Source: Dehalococcoidia bacterium (GTDB lineage: Bacteria > Chloroflexota > Dehalococcoidia > SM23-28-2 > HRBIN24). Taken from it: a stretch of DNA of 64,000 bases. The position numbers and the translations under genes were made by a program. The notes beneath the pieces are model-generated. The model saw only the letters and a program-made list of their open reading frames with translations. It was not told the DNA's origin and did no database searches. This document shows, one piece after another, positions 11,134 to 20,221 of this stretch. The stretch is from assembly GCA_035574155.1 (NCBI GenBank), contig DATLZD010000062.1, positions 1,878-65,877 of the forward strand. Reading direction: 5' to 3'. Positions within the stretch are counted from its first letter, which is position 1; each line of letters starts with the position of its first letter.

Positions 11134-12039
11134 CTAGGCGTAGACGCCCATCTTGCGGGCCAGCTCGTGCAGCCGCTCGATACGCTTACGGATGGGAGGG
11201 TGGGTCTGGAAGAGGGTCATGAACAGGTCCTCCTCTCCCTCCCTGCGGCCCCGCAGCGGGTTGACGATGAACAGGTGGGACGCCGCCGGCTGCACGTTCA
11301 GCGGCCGGGCCTGGGCGTAGGCCTCCAGCTTCTCCAGGGCGCTGGCCAGCGACAGGGGCATGCCGGTGATGTGGGCACCGGTAGCGTCGGCCTCGTACTC
11401 CCGCGCCCGCGAGATGGCCAGCCGGATGATGGTGGCGGCGATGGGCGCCAGGATGACGGTGGCCAGCAGCGCCAGCAGGTAGAGCCAGCCGGTGGCGTTG
11501 TCGCGGTTGCGGCCGCCGAAGCCACCCCAGAACAGGGTCCACTGCAGCATCCAGGCCACGAAGCTGATGGCGCTGGCGATGACGGCGGCGATGGTGCTGA
11601 TGAGCACGTCACGGTTGCGCACGTGGCCCAGCTCGTGCCCCAGCACCGCCATCAGCTCCCGCTCGTCCAGGATGCGCATGATGCCCGTGGTTACTGCCAC
11701 CACCGCGTGCTTGGGGTCGCGGCCGGTGGCGAAGGCGTTGGGCTGGTCGGCCTGGATGACGGCCACCCGGGGCTTGGGCAGCCCGGCCTGGGCTGCCACC
11801 TCCTCCACCAGCCGGTGCAGCTCGGGCGCCTCCTCGGGCGAGACCTCCCTAGCGCCGGTCATGGCCAGCACGATACGGTCCGAGAACCAGTAGGCGAAGC
11901 CGTTCATGGCCAGGGCGATGATGAAGCCCACCAGCAGGCCATTCATGCCGCCCACCAGCACGCCGATGCCCATGAATATGCCCGCCAGCAGGGCCAGCAG
12001 GGCTGCCGTCTTCAGGTTGTTGAGCATACCTCCGCTCAC
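11134..12039 (-). CDS. htpX: Zinc metalloprotease HtpX (M48 family)
   Basis: 301 aa; HELGH zinc motif, 4 TM segments, full-length HtpX similarity. Confidence 0.9.
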   Translation of the reverse strand: MSGGMLNNLKTAALLALLAGIFMGIGVLVGGMNGLLVGFIIALAMNGFAYWFSDRIVLAMTGAREVSPEEAPELHRLVEEVAAQAGLPKPRVAVIQADQPNAFATGRDPKHAVVAVTTGIMRILDERELMAVLGHELGHVRNRDVLISTIAAVIASAISFVAWMLQWTLFWGGFGGRNRDNATGWLYLLALLATVILAPIAATIIRLAISRAREYEADATGAHITGMPLSLASALEKLEAYAQARPLNVQPAASHLFIVNPLRGRREGEEDLFMTLFQTHPPIRKRIERLHELARKMGVYA

Positions 12040-12067
12040 CTCCCGGGGCGACTAAGCGTCCCAACTA

Positions 12068-13042
12068 TCAGGATACTGCTTGCCCCATGGCCTCGCCAGT
12101 AGTGGGGCCGGTCTCGCTGCCCTGCTGCAGGAAAGAGATGATGGCGGCGTGGGCCTCGTCGGGGCGCTCCTCCAGCACCATATGCCGTGCCCTGGGCACC
12201 ACCTCCAGGCGGGCGTCGGGCAGCGCCCGCAGCAGGCGACGGGCGCTCTTCAGGTCCACCCAGCGGTCCTCGGCCCCCCACAGCAGCAGCACCGGCTGTC
12301 GGACCTGGGACAGGTCCAGGCGCTCCTCTCGGGCCAGGGCCAGCCCCACCCTGGTAATGGCATCGGTGGTGCCCCGCACCAGGGAGGGGAGCCGCATGGC
12401 CCGTCGCAGCTCTGGGGTGAGGACATCGGTGCTCCAGACCCCGGCCCGCCACATCCACTCGCGGGCCGGACCGCAATGCAGGCAGAGGGCCACGATGGTC
12501 CTCACCACCGGCGGGAACCAGAAGGGCCGCAGGAACCAGGGGATGAGGCGGCCGGGCACGGCGCTGGAGACCAGCACCAGCCTGCGCACCGCCTCGGGGT
12601 AGCGGGCGGCCAGGTGCAGGGCGATGGCCCCGCCCAGGGAGTGGCCAATGATGTCGGCCTGCGGGATCCCCAGCGCCTGCATCAGTCCCCGCACCAGCCG
12701 CGCTTGCCCTTGCGGCGTCAGGTCGGCGTCCTGCGGGCGGTCCGAGAGGCCAAAGCCGGCCAGGTCCAGGGCCACCACGCGGCGGCTGCGGGACAGCAGC
12801 TCGATAGTGCGGGGGAAGTTGGCCAGGGACCCGCCCATGCCGTGCAGGAGCAGGACCGGTGGCCCCTGGCCCACGTCCAGGTAGTGGAGGGAGAGACCGT
12901 CCACCGCCACCGTCTGCTCCCGGTCGCGCAGCTCCGCCAGGTCCAGGCGCTCGTTGGTCCGCTCCAGCCACCAGGCATAGGCCCAAAGGAGGGCCGGGGC
13001 AGCCGCCACCAGCCCGATCTGCGCCCGCAGCAGCCTGCCCAT
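12068..13042 (-). CDS. Alpha/beta-fold hydrolase
   Basis: GHSLGG nucleophile elbow, HGMGGS oxyanion region; start chosen at ATG 13042 (MGRLL..., TM/signal-like N-term); track ORF extends to TTG 13156. Confidence 0.75.
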   Translation of the reverse strand: MGRLLRAQIGLVAAAPALLWAYAWWLERTNERLDLAELRDREQTVAVDGLSLHYLDVGQGPPVLLLHGMGGSLANFPRTIELLSRSRRVVALDLAGFGLSDRPQDADLTPQGQARLVRGLMQALGIPQADIIGHSLGGAIALHLAARYPEAVRRLVLVSSAVPGRLIPWFLRPFWFPPVVRTIVALCLHCGPAREWMWRAGVWSTDVLTPELRRAMRLPSLVRGTTDAITRVGLALAREERLDLSQVRQPVLLLWGAEDRWVDLKSARRLLRALPDARLEVVPRARHMVLEERPDEAHAAIISFLQQGSETGPTTGEAMGQAVS

Positions 13043-13049
13043 GCCTACC

Positions 13050-13847
13050 TCACACCCCCAACAGCAGCCGCCGCACCTGGACCAACGCCTCGGGTATGCG
13101 GGGCCCATACCAGCAGAGGAGGCGACCATCGACGAAGTGGACGCGGGCGCCAACAAGGCCCGCCGCCTCCAGTTCGGCCAGGTGGCGCCTGCGAAAGCGG
13201 TAAGGCTCGCTGGGCAGGAGGACCACCTCCGGCTGCCGCCGCGCCGCCTCCTCCAGCTCTATGGCCGGGTAGCGTTCGTGCACGTCGGCAAATATGTTGT
13301 CTCCACCACAGGTAGCGATGAGGTCGTGCATGTAGGTGCCGGGGCCGATGGTCATCCAGGGGTCGCGCCAGATAGGGCAAAAGACGCGGGGGCGGGGGCG
13401 CCCCTGTGCCAGGGCCATGGTCTCGGCCAGGGCCCGGCGCGACGCCTCCAACAGCGGTCGGGCCCCCTCCTCCACCCTCAGCAGGCGCGACAGCTCCTCC
13501 AGCAGGTGCAGGGCACCCAGGACGGTGGTGGGCAGGGTCACGTAGACGGGGACGCCCGCCTCGGCGATGGCCTCCACGTGCTCGGGCCGGTTCTCCTCGG
13601 CGCTGGCGATGACCAGGTCAGGGGCGAGGGCCAGCACCTTGGCCACGTCTACCGTTTTGGTGCCCCCCACCTTGGGCAGGGAGCGGACTTGGGGCTGGGG
13701 CTCGAGGCAAAAGTAGGTCAGGCCCACCACTCGGTCGCCTGCACCGAGGGCGAACAGGGCCTCGGTGAGGCTGGGGACAAGGGAGACGATGCGCTTCGGG
13801 GGCCCCGGAAGCTCTAACGCCCTCCCCAAGGCGTCTCGCACGGCCAT
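13050..13847 (-). CDS. Periplasmic-binding-protein-like (BtuF/FecB class, helical backbone) substrate-binding protein, no obvious signal peptide
   Basis: 265 aa; class III PBP pattern (RIVSLVPSLTE..., DLVIAS); no adjacent permease/ATPase genes. Confidence 0.6.
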   Translation of the reverse strand: MAVRDALGRALELPGPPKRIVSLVPSLTEALFALGAGDRVVGLTYFCLEPQPQVRSLPKVGGTKTVDVAKVLALAPDLVIASAEENRPEHVEAIAEAGVPVYVTLPTTVLGALHLLEELSRLLRVEEGARPLLEASRRALAETMALAQGRPRPRVFCPIWRDPWMTIGPGTYMHDLIATCGGDNIFADVHERYPAIELEEAARRQPEVVLLPSEPYRFRRRHLAELEAAGLVGARVHFVDGRLLCWYGPRIPEALVQVRRLLLGV

Positions 13848-13893
13848 TGGGCTATGCTAAGTATAGCACACCCCCCAAGGGCCCCCTGCCGCC

Positions 13894-14994
13894 TCAGCCG
13901 GGTCGCTGGCCCAGGGTGATATCAGCCGTCTGGCGGCTGCCACCACGGTAGAACTCCACCTGCACCGTCTGGCCGGCCCGGAGCTGGGTCAACGCCTGCA
14001 GCAGCTCGCCCGAGTTGCGGATGTCCCTGCCCCCGAGCCGCACGATGATGTCGTTGACGCGCAGTCCGGCCCGGGCCGCCGGGCTGCCGGGCACCACCTG
14101 GGTCACCACCACGCCCTGCTCCACCGGCAGGTCGAACTGGCGGGCCAGCTGCGGGGTGACGTCCACCAGGGCCACTCCCAGGTAGGCCCTCTCCACCCGC
14201 CCCTGCTGCATCAGCGCCTGGATGATGGGGCGGGCGGTGGCGGTGGAGATGGCGAACCCCACCCCCTCCGCCTGACCCCCGCGAATCACGGCGGTGGTGA
14301 TGCCCACCACCTCGCCCCTCATGTTCACCAGCGGCCCGCCCGAGTTGCCCGGGTTGATGGCCGCATCGGTCTGGATGGCCCCCGGGATGGTCACGCCGCA
14401 CTGGTCCTCCTGGATGGTGCGGTCCTTGGCGCTCACCACGCCCTTGGTGACGGTGGGGCCACCGGGCAGGTTGAGGGCGTTGCCCATGGCCACCACCTCC
14501 TCGCCCACCTGCAGTGCCTCTGAGTCGCCCAGGGCCGCCGTCGTCAGACCGCTGGCATCGATCTTCAGCACGGCCAGGTCCGTCAACGGGTCGCGCCCCA
14601 CGATGGTGGCCGGAAAGCGCCTCCCATCGGCCAGGGTGACGGTGATGCTTTGGGCCGGCGTGTCACAGGTGTTGGGCCGCACCACCACGTGGTTGTTGGT
14701 GACGATGTAGCCGTCCTGGCTGATGACGATGCCCGTCCCCACGCCCTGCTGGGGCACCGGCTGGCCGAACACGCTGATGGAGGCCGACTCGGTCAGGATG
14801 TGGACCACGCTGGGCCGTAGCCTGGCCACCAGCTCGGGCACCGACAGGGCCTCGCCGGCCGAGGTGGGTTGGGGACTGGACTGCTGCAACGAGGGCTGCG
14901 GTGACGCGCTGGGGCCGGTCTGGTCGGACCCCCCCTGACAAGCCGCGAGGACCAGCGCCAGCAGCAGGGCCGTAAGGACCAGTTTCACGTTCAC
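13894..14994 (-). CDS. htrA: HtrA/DegP-family trypsin-like serine protease with PDZ domain, lipoprotein-type signal
   Basis: Catalytic H/D/S (GNSGGPL), C-terminal PDZ; start set at GTG 14994 (VNVKLVLTALLLALVLAAC lipobox) preceded by GGAGGA; GTGA overlap with upstream gene; track ORF extends to 15234. Confidence 0.85.
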   Translation of the reverse strand: MNVKLVLTALLLALVLAACQGGSDQTGPSASPQPSLQQSSPQPTSAGEALSVPELVARLRPSVVHILTESASISVFGQPVPQQGVGTGIVISQDGYIVTNNHVVVRPNTCDTPAQSITVTLADGRRFPATIVGRDPLTDLAVLKIDASGLTTAALGDSEALQVGEEVVAMGNALNLPGGPTVTKGVVSAKDRTIQEDQCGVTIPGAIQTDAAINPGNSGGPLVNMRGEVVGITTAVIRGGQAEGVGFAISTATARPIIQALMQQGRVERAYLGVALVDVTPQLARQFDLPVEQGVVVTQVVPGSPAARAGLRVNDIIVRLGGRDIRNSGELLQALTQLRAGQTVQVEFYRGGSRQTADITLGQRPG

Positions 14995-15854
14995 ACCGCT
15001 TCCTCCTCTCTCGTTTCCTCCCCATCCAGCAGCCACTTGACCAGAGAGGGGTCGTAGGGCAGGGGCAGATGGGGGCGTTCCGGCAGGGGTAAGGGGGCCA
15101 CCGGCACGGGCAGTTGGGCCGTCAGCAGGTTGTAGGCGTAGACGGCCAGAGGCAAAAGGCCCACCACGTCCTCGGCGTTGTAGCGTATCAGGGTGTCCAG
15201 GGCGCCCTGGTGTCCCTGGCGGTGCAGCCGCCACAGCACCACGGCATGGTAGCCCCCGAGGCCCTGCAGGGCCGAGGGCCGCGCCAGCCCCGTCAGTTGC
15301 TCAACGCGCTTCAGGCCACCCCGTAGCCCCAACCGCCTCAGCACATACATCAGGTCCAAGTGGGCCATGCCGGCCAGCACCGGCCCCATCTCCGCCTCGA
15401 TGAAGGGGACATCGAAGCGTAGGCCGTTATAGGTGATGAGCAGACGGTAGCGGCGCACCGCCTCGGGGAACAGGTGCAGGTCCCGTCCCCGCACGAAGGC
15501 CCGGTACTCGCGACCGTCGTAGATGCCGATGACGGTGATGACGTTCATGCCCCAGGCGAGGCCCGTGGTCTCGATGTCCAGGCAGACGGCTTGGGGCAGG
15601 AACTCGGCCAACAGCCGCCACCGCTCCGCTGGCGGCAGCAGCGCCTGGAAGTAAAGAGCATCGGCCAGGCCCAGGCGGCGGCAGGACTCGGCCAGCTCCA
15701 GCCGCAGCAGCTCCCGGTGCCAGGGGGCTAGCCAGGGCAGGGGGTGGCCCAGGGCGTCCTCCCAGGTGATGACGCCCTCCCGCCAGAAGCGGGCCTCAGT
15801 GCGGGGGCCGACCCCCCGCAGGTGCAGGAAGGTGTGCCTCAGCACGCTACCCAT
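14991..15854 (-). CDS. RNase H-fold 3'-5' exonuclease-like protein (YprB-like)
   Basis: 287 aa; CLDIETTGL acidic Exo-I-like motif; translationally coupled to htrA. Confidence 0.6.
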   Translation of the reverse strand: MGSVLRHTFLHLRGVGPRTEARFWREGVITWEDALGHPLPWLAPWHRELLRLELAESCRRLGLADALYFQALLPPAERWRLLAEFLPQAVCLDIETTGLAWGMNVITVIGIYDGREYRAFVRGRDLHLFPEAVRRYRLLITYNGLRFDVPFIEAEMGPVLAGMAHLDLMYVLRRLGLRGGLKRVEQLTGLARPSALQGLGGYHAVVLWRLHRQGHQGALDTLIRYNAEDVVGLLPLAVYAYNLLTAQLPVPVAPLPLPERPHLPLPYDPSLVKWLLDGEETREEEAV

Positions 15855-15965
15855 TCTAATGTTGGCACGGTGAAGGGAAGGTTAAAAAGGGCGGCCGGCG
15901 CCGCTTTTGGACAGGTCCCAGAGGCAGGCGTATCATATAGCCAGCCCAGCCGAGGGAGGCACCCC

Positions 15966-16733
15966 ATGCGCTTCAAGGACACTGTCTGCGTGGTAACGGG
16001 CGCCTCGCGGGGCATCGGCAAGGCCATCGCCCTGGCCCTGGCCCGGGAAGGTGCCCACGTGGTGGTAACGGCCCGCTCCAGCGAGGAGTCGCCTACCAAG
16101 CTGCCGGGCACCATCGAGGAGACGGCCCGCCTCATCCAGGAGATGGGCAGGAGGGCGCTGGCTGTGCCCTGCAACGTGGCCGACGAGGCCCAGGTGGAGG
16201 CGCTGGCCCGCCGCACCCTGGAGGAGTTCGGACGGGTGGACATCCTCATCAACAACGCCGGGGTCAGCTACCCCGCCCCCTTCCTGGAGACGCCCATCCG
16301 CCGGTGGGACCTGGTCATGAACGTGAACCTGAGGGGGACGGTGCTGTGCAGCATGGCCTTCCTGCCCCAGATGGTCAAGCAGGGGCATGGGAAGGTCATC
16401 AACGTCTCCTCGGGGGCGGTGAATGCCGAGATGGCCGCCCAGGTGGGCCTCTTGTCCTATTCCGTAGCCAAGGCCGCTATCGAGCAGCTTACGCGGGGGC
16501 TGGCAGTGGAGCTGGCCCCCAAGGGGGTGGCCGTCAACTGCCTGCGCATCGATATGAGCGTGGTCACCGAGGGCTGGACATACCTGAACCCCCACCGTGA
16601 CTACTCCGGCTGGGAGAAGCCCGAGACGGTGGCCGAGGCCACCCTGTGGTTGGCGGCCCAGGACACCTCCTTCACCGGGCGTGTCCTCACCGTTACCGAG
16701 ATCGTGGGGCAACTGCAGCAGGGCCGGAGCTGA
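15966..16733 (+). CDS. Short-chain dehydrogenase/reductase (SDR)
   Basis: TGASRGIG cofactor motif, NNAG, YxxxK (YSVAK); start at ATG 15966 after GAGGGAGG RBS (track ORF starts 15744). Confidence 0.85.
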   Translation: MRFKDTVCVVTGASRGIGKAIALALAREGAHVVVTARSSEESPTKLPGTIEETARLIQEMGRRALAVPCNVADEAQVEALARRTLEEFGRVDILINNAGVSYPAPFLETPIRRWDLVMNVNLRGTVLCSMAFLPQMVKQGHGKVINVSSGAVNAEMAAQVGLLSYSVAKAAIEQLTRGLAVELAPKGVAVNCLRIDMSVVTEGWTYLNPHRDYSGWEKPETVAEATLWLAAQDTSFTGRVLTVTEIVGQLQQGRS

Positions 16734-16768
16734 GGCATCTGGGGCGGTGGCCGCGGGCGTAAAGGACA

Positions 16769-17374
16769 ATGGAGGACGCAGCCGGCCCTGGCGGGCATGG
16801 TGGCCCAGGTATGGGCCTGGACTACTCCGAGGCCTCCGATGAGGAGCTCATGGCTGCCGTCATGGAGCGCCACCCCCGCGCCCTGGAGGGGATCTACGAT
16901 CGCTACGGGGCGGTGGTCTACTCCCTGGCCCGCCGCATCCTGGGTGACGCCCACCGGGCGGAGGACGTCGTCCAGGACGTCTTCCTGCGCCTGTGGGACC
17001 GCCCCCAGCTTTACGTGGCCTCCCGGGGACAGCTCCTGACCTGGCTCCTCACCATGGCCCGCAACCGGGCCATCGACCAGCTACGTGCCCAGGGCAGGCA
17101 ACAGCGCTTCCTGCGCTCACCGGCCGGTGCCCAGGTGGAGGCCCAGGACCCGGCCGAGCAGGCCCACTGGGCCCTGCAGCGACAGCAGGTGCTGGCCGCC
17201 CTGGCCCACCTGCCGCCGGAGCAGCGGGAGGCTGTCGAGCTGGCCTACTTCCGCGGCCTCACTCACCGCGAGATCGCCGAGGCCACCGGCCTGCCCCTGG
17301 GCACCGTCAAGACGCGGATCCGGCTGGCCATGCAGAAGCTGCGTGCCCTGTTGTTGCCCGAGGGGGAGGGCTGA
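16769..17374 (+). CDS. ECF (sigma-70 family group IV) sigma factor, SigK-like
   Basis: Regions 2 and 4 recognisable (DVVQDVFLRLW, REAVELAYFRGLTHREIAEATGLPLGTVKTRI). Confidence 0.85.
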   Translation: MEDAAGPGGHGGPGMGLDYSEASDEELMAAVMERHPRALEGIYDRYGAVVYSLARRILGDAHRAEDVVQDVFLRLWDRPQLYVASRGQLLTWLLTMARNRAIDQLRAQGRQQRFLRSPAGAQVEAQDPAEQAHWALQRQQVLAALAHLPPEQREAVELAYFRGLTHREIAEATGLPLGTVKTRIRLAMQKLRALLLPEGEG

Positions 17375-17375
17375 G

Positions 17376-18137
17376 GTGGACTGTCAGGAGGCCCGCCAGG
17401 CCCTTGACCTGCTGGCCCTCGGCGCCCTGCCCGAGGACGAGGCGTCGCCTGTGGAGCAGCACCTGGCCTCCTGCGCCGAGTGCTCCCGCTACCTGGAGGG
17501 CTCGCGACAGGTGGCGGCCCGACTAGGCCTGGCGACCCCGGTCCTGGAGCCGCCCCCCAGGCTCAGGCGGCGCATCCTGGCGGCGGCCAGAGGCCCCGGG
17601 ACCGCAGGCGTGCCTCGCCAGCGGTTGGCCTGGGGCGTCATGGCCGCCCTGACGGCGGCGGCCGTGGCCCTTTCCGCCTTCTTCTTCGTGGAGTGGCGGC
17701 AGGCCCAGGACGAACGGCAGGACCTGGCCGACCAACTGTCGGACGCCCTGGCAGCGGTGCGGGAGCGCGATGAGCTGATGCAGCTGTTCACGCTGCCCGA
17801 CCTGGCGCGAGTCCCCATGCTCCCCCAGTCGCCGGGGCTGGCGGCCAACCTGTCCTACTACTGGAGCACCCAGAAGCGCTGGGGCTTCATCGTGGGGACG
17901 GCCCTTCCCCCTCCTCCGCCCGGGCGCGTCTACCAGCTCTGGTTCCTAAGCAGCGAGGGGAGCCGTGGCGTGGGCACCTTCCGCCCGTCCGAGAGCGGCA
18001 CCGTCTACCACTCCTTTGACCTCTCCGTCCTGCCGCCCAACTGGCGCCCGTCGGCCATCGCGGTGACGCTGGAGCCGGAGGGCGGCAGCCCTGTCCCCAC
18101 GGGCGAGACGGTGGCGGTGGGCACCCTCACCCGTTGA
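17376..18137 (+). CDS. Anti-sigma factor, ZAS-type N-terminus with RskA-like C-terminal domain
   Basis: GTG start 2 nt after sigma stop; HLASCAEC (HX3CX2C) zinc motif; single TM; C-terminal YQLWF motif of anti-sigma-K type. Confidence 0.75.
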   Translation: MDCQEARQALDLLALGALPEDEASPVEQHLASCAECSRYLEGSRQVAARLGLATPVLEPPPRLRRRILAAARGPGTAGVPRQRLAWGVMAALTAAAVALSAFFFVEWRQAQDERQDLADQLSDALAAVRERDELMQLFTLPDLARVPMLPQSPGLAANLSYYWSTQKRWGFIVGTALPPPPPGRVYQLWFLSSEGSRGVGTFRPSESGTVYHSFDLSVLPPNWRPSAIAVTLEPEGGSPVPTGETVAVGTLTR

Positions 18138-18253
18138 GACGTGGCCAGGCCCCGGGCGCGGGCCTTGGCTGTCCCTGGGCCATTGCCCCTGGCCGCTGGG
18201 GCAGCTTAGCGTGGGAGATGGTGGGCGTCATCCTGCACGAACTGGGCTAAGGC

Positions 18254-19405
18254 CTAGAACCAGCGCCAGAGCCACCAGCGGGCGAAGCCGGCCTTGACCA
18301 GGTGCCAGAAGAGGCTGGGGGGGCGTAGGGAGACCCGCGGCTCTGGCTCGGCCAGGAAGTCCCCGTGGACCAGGGCCGCCCGGTTATAGCCCGTCTCCAG
18401 GAAGCACTGTCCCTGGCCGGCGAAGGCGTAGCGTTCTTGTCGGCCCTCCACCTGGGCCGCAATGTTGCGGGCCACCACCTCGGCCTGGGCATGGGCGAAG
18501 ACCCCCGCCTTGGGCAGGGGCAGGCCGTTGGCCAGGGGTATATGGGTCACGTCGCCGATGGCATACACCCCCTCCCAGGCAGTGGCCAGCGTCTCCCGGT
18601 CCACCTCTACCCAGCCCTTTTCCCCCGTCAGGCCCGCCTCCCGCACCGCTCGAGGGGCCGAGTGCACCGGCACCCCGATGAGGAGGTCAAAGGACGCTTG
18701 GGAGCCGTCGGCGAAGGTGATCGTCCGAGTGTCCTGGTCCACCGACCGGACCTGCATGCGGGGGCCGAACCATACCTCGCGGGCCGATAGCATCTCCAGC
18801 ACCTGCTCGCCCACCCGTGGGCCGGCCACTGGCAGGGGCTGGGGCTCGGGCGTGTAGAGGCGGATGTCCACCCGCTCCCTGAGGCCACGCTTGCGGTAGT
18901 AGTAGTCCAACAGCAGGGCGGCCTCATAGGGCGCGGCCGGACACTTGTAGGGCAGCGAGGGTATCAGGATGACGATGCGCCCCTGCTGCAGCTTCTCCAG
19001 TTCGTCGCGCAGGGCCTCGGCCCCGTCCAGGTGGTAGAAGGTCCAGGCGCGGGCGAGGCCAGGTATGTCGCCGGTGCCATACTCCACCCCCGGCGACAGG
19101 ACCAAGTAGTCGAAGGGCAGCTCCTGCCGGGTGAGGACGAGGCGGCGGCCCTCCAGGTCGATGGCCGTCACCTCGTCCAGGACCACCTCGATGCCGCGGC
19201 GGCGCAGGTGGCGCAGGTCGCCCACGATGCGGGCCGGCTTCTGCCACCCCAGCATCACCCAGGTGAAGGCAGGAGCGAAGGCATGGATGGGGTTGCGGTC
19301 CACCACGACCACGCGGTGCTCCCGGGCCAGGAGCTGCCGCAGGCGGTTGGCGGCCACCAGCCCACCCACGCCGCCGCCCAGGACCACCACCGTCTTGCCC
19401 GCCAT
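18254..19405 (-). CDS. sqr: Sulfide:quinone oxidoreductase-like FAD-dependent disulfide reductase
   Basis: N-terminal GGGVGG Rossmann motif; PYKCPAAPYE cysteine motif characteristic of SQR. Confidence 0.7.
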   Translation of the reverse strand: MAGKTVVVLGGGVGGLVAANRLRQLLAREHRVVVVDRNPIHAFAPAFTWVMLGWQKPARIVGDLRHLRRRGIEVVLDEVTAIDLEGRRLVLTRQELPFDYLVLSPGVEYGTGDIPGLARAWTFYHLDGAEALRDELEKLQQGRIVILIPSLPYKCPAAPYEAALLLDYYYRKRGLRERVDIRLYTPEPQPLPVAGPRVGEQVLEMLSAREVWFGPRMQVRSVDQDTRTITFADGSQASFDLLIGVPVHSAPRAVREAGLTGEKGWVEVDRETLATAWEGVYAIGDVTHIPLANGLPLPKAGVFAHAQAEVVARNIAAQVEGRQERYAFAGQGQCFLETGYNRAALVHGDFLAEPEPRVSLRPPSLFWHLVKAGFARWWLWRWF

Positions 19406-19414
19406 GGCGCCGCC

Positions 19415-20209
19415 TCACTCCAGGCCTAGGAGGGCCTCCAGTCCCACCACCAGCCCGTCCAGCTCCAGCACCCTCCGCACGGCCAGCAGGACCCCCGGGA
19501 CGAAGGACTCGCGGCTGGTGGAGTCGTGGCGGATGGTGAGCACCTGCCCCGGCCCTCCCAGGACCACCTCCTGGTGGGCCACGAGGCCGGGCAGCCGCAC
19601 GCTGTGAATGGTGATGCCCTCCAGGTGGCCGCCGCGGGTGCCCGGCAGGTTCTCCCGCTGGGTGGCGGGGCGGCGGAAGGGCCCACCCCGGGCCTGGAGC
19701 ATGGCCCGGGCAGTGGCCAGGGCCGTGCCCGATGGTGCGTCCGCCTTCTGGTCGTGGTGCATCTCGATGATCTCGGCGGCGTCGAAGAAGCGGGCGGCCA
19801 CCCTAGCCAGGTGGACCATCAGCACGCCACCGATGGCGAAGTTGGGGGCCACGATGGCCCCCAGCCGACGGCGACGGCACTCCTCCCGCAGCTCCTCCAG
19901 GAAGGACTCGCTCAGGCCCGAGGTGCCGATGACAGGGCGCGCCTCCACCTCCAGGGCGGCCCGGGCCACCTTGGGGGTGAAGTCGGCGTGGGTGAAGTCC
20001 ACCACCACCTGGGGCTGGACCCGTTGGAAGAGGGGCAGGGGTTCGCTGCCGAAGGGCACGAGGCCGGAGCCATCGGGCAGGGGCAGGTACTCCTCCTGGG
20101 CGGAACGGGAGAGCACGGCCACCGGCTCCAGGTCCTCTTCCCGGCAGAGGGCGGCCAGGACCTCACGGCCCATGCGCCCCGTGCCGCTCACCGCCACGCG
20201 GATGGCCAT
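19415..20209 (-). CDS. dapB: 4-hydroxy-tetrahydrodipicolinate reductase
   Basis: 264 aa full-length DapB similarity (GxxGRMG N-term, EIIEMHHDQKADAPSGTA). Confidence 0.9.
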   Translation of the reverse strand: MAIRVAVSGTGRMGREVLAALCREEDLEPVAVLSRSAQEEYLPLPDGSGLVPFGSEPLPLFQRVQPQVVVDFTHADFTPKVARAALEVEARPVIGTSGLSESFLEELREECRRRRLGAIVAPNFAIGGVLMVHLARVAARFFDAAEIIEMHHDQKADAPSGTALATARAMLQARGGPFRRPATQRENLPGTRGGHLEGITIHSVRLPGLVAHQEVVLGGPGQVLTIRHDSTSRESFVPGVLLAVRRVLELDGLVVGLEALLGLE

Positions 20210-20221
20210 GGCGCCCTCGCC

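Noticed and set aside
11167-13315. Plus-strand ORFs of 311 aa and 411 aa antisense to htpX and the alpha/beta hydrolase
   Set aside because: Shadow ORFs. htpX and the hydrolase have clear catalytic motifs on the minus strand.
17085-17375. First 97 codons of track ORF 17085..18137 overlapping the ECF sigma gene in another frame
   Set aside because: The real anti-sigma starts at GTG 17376, directly after the sigma stop. The upstream part is an out-of-frame read of the sigma gene.
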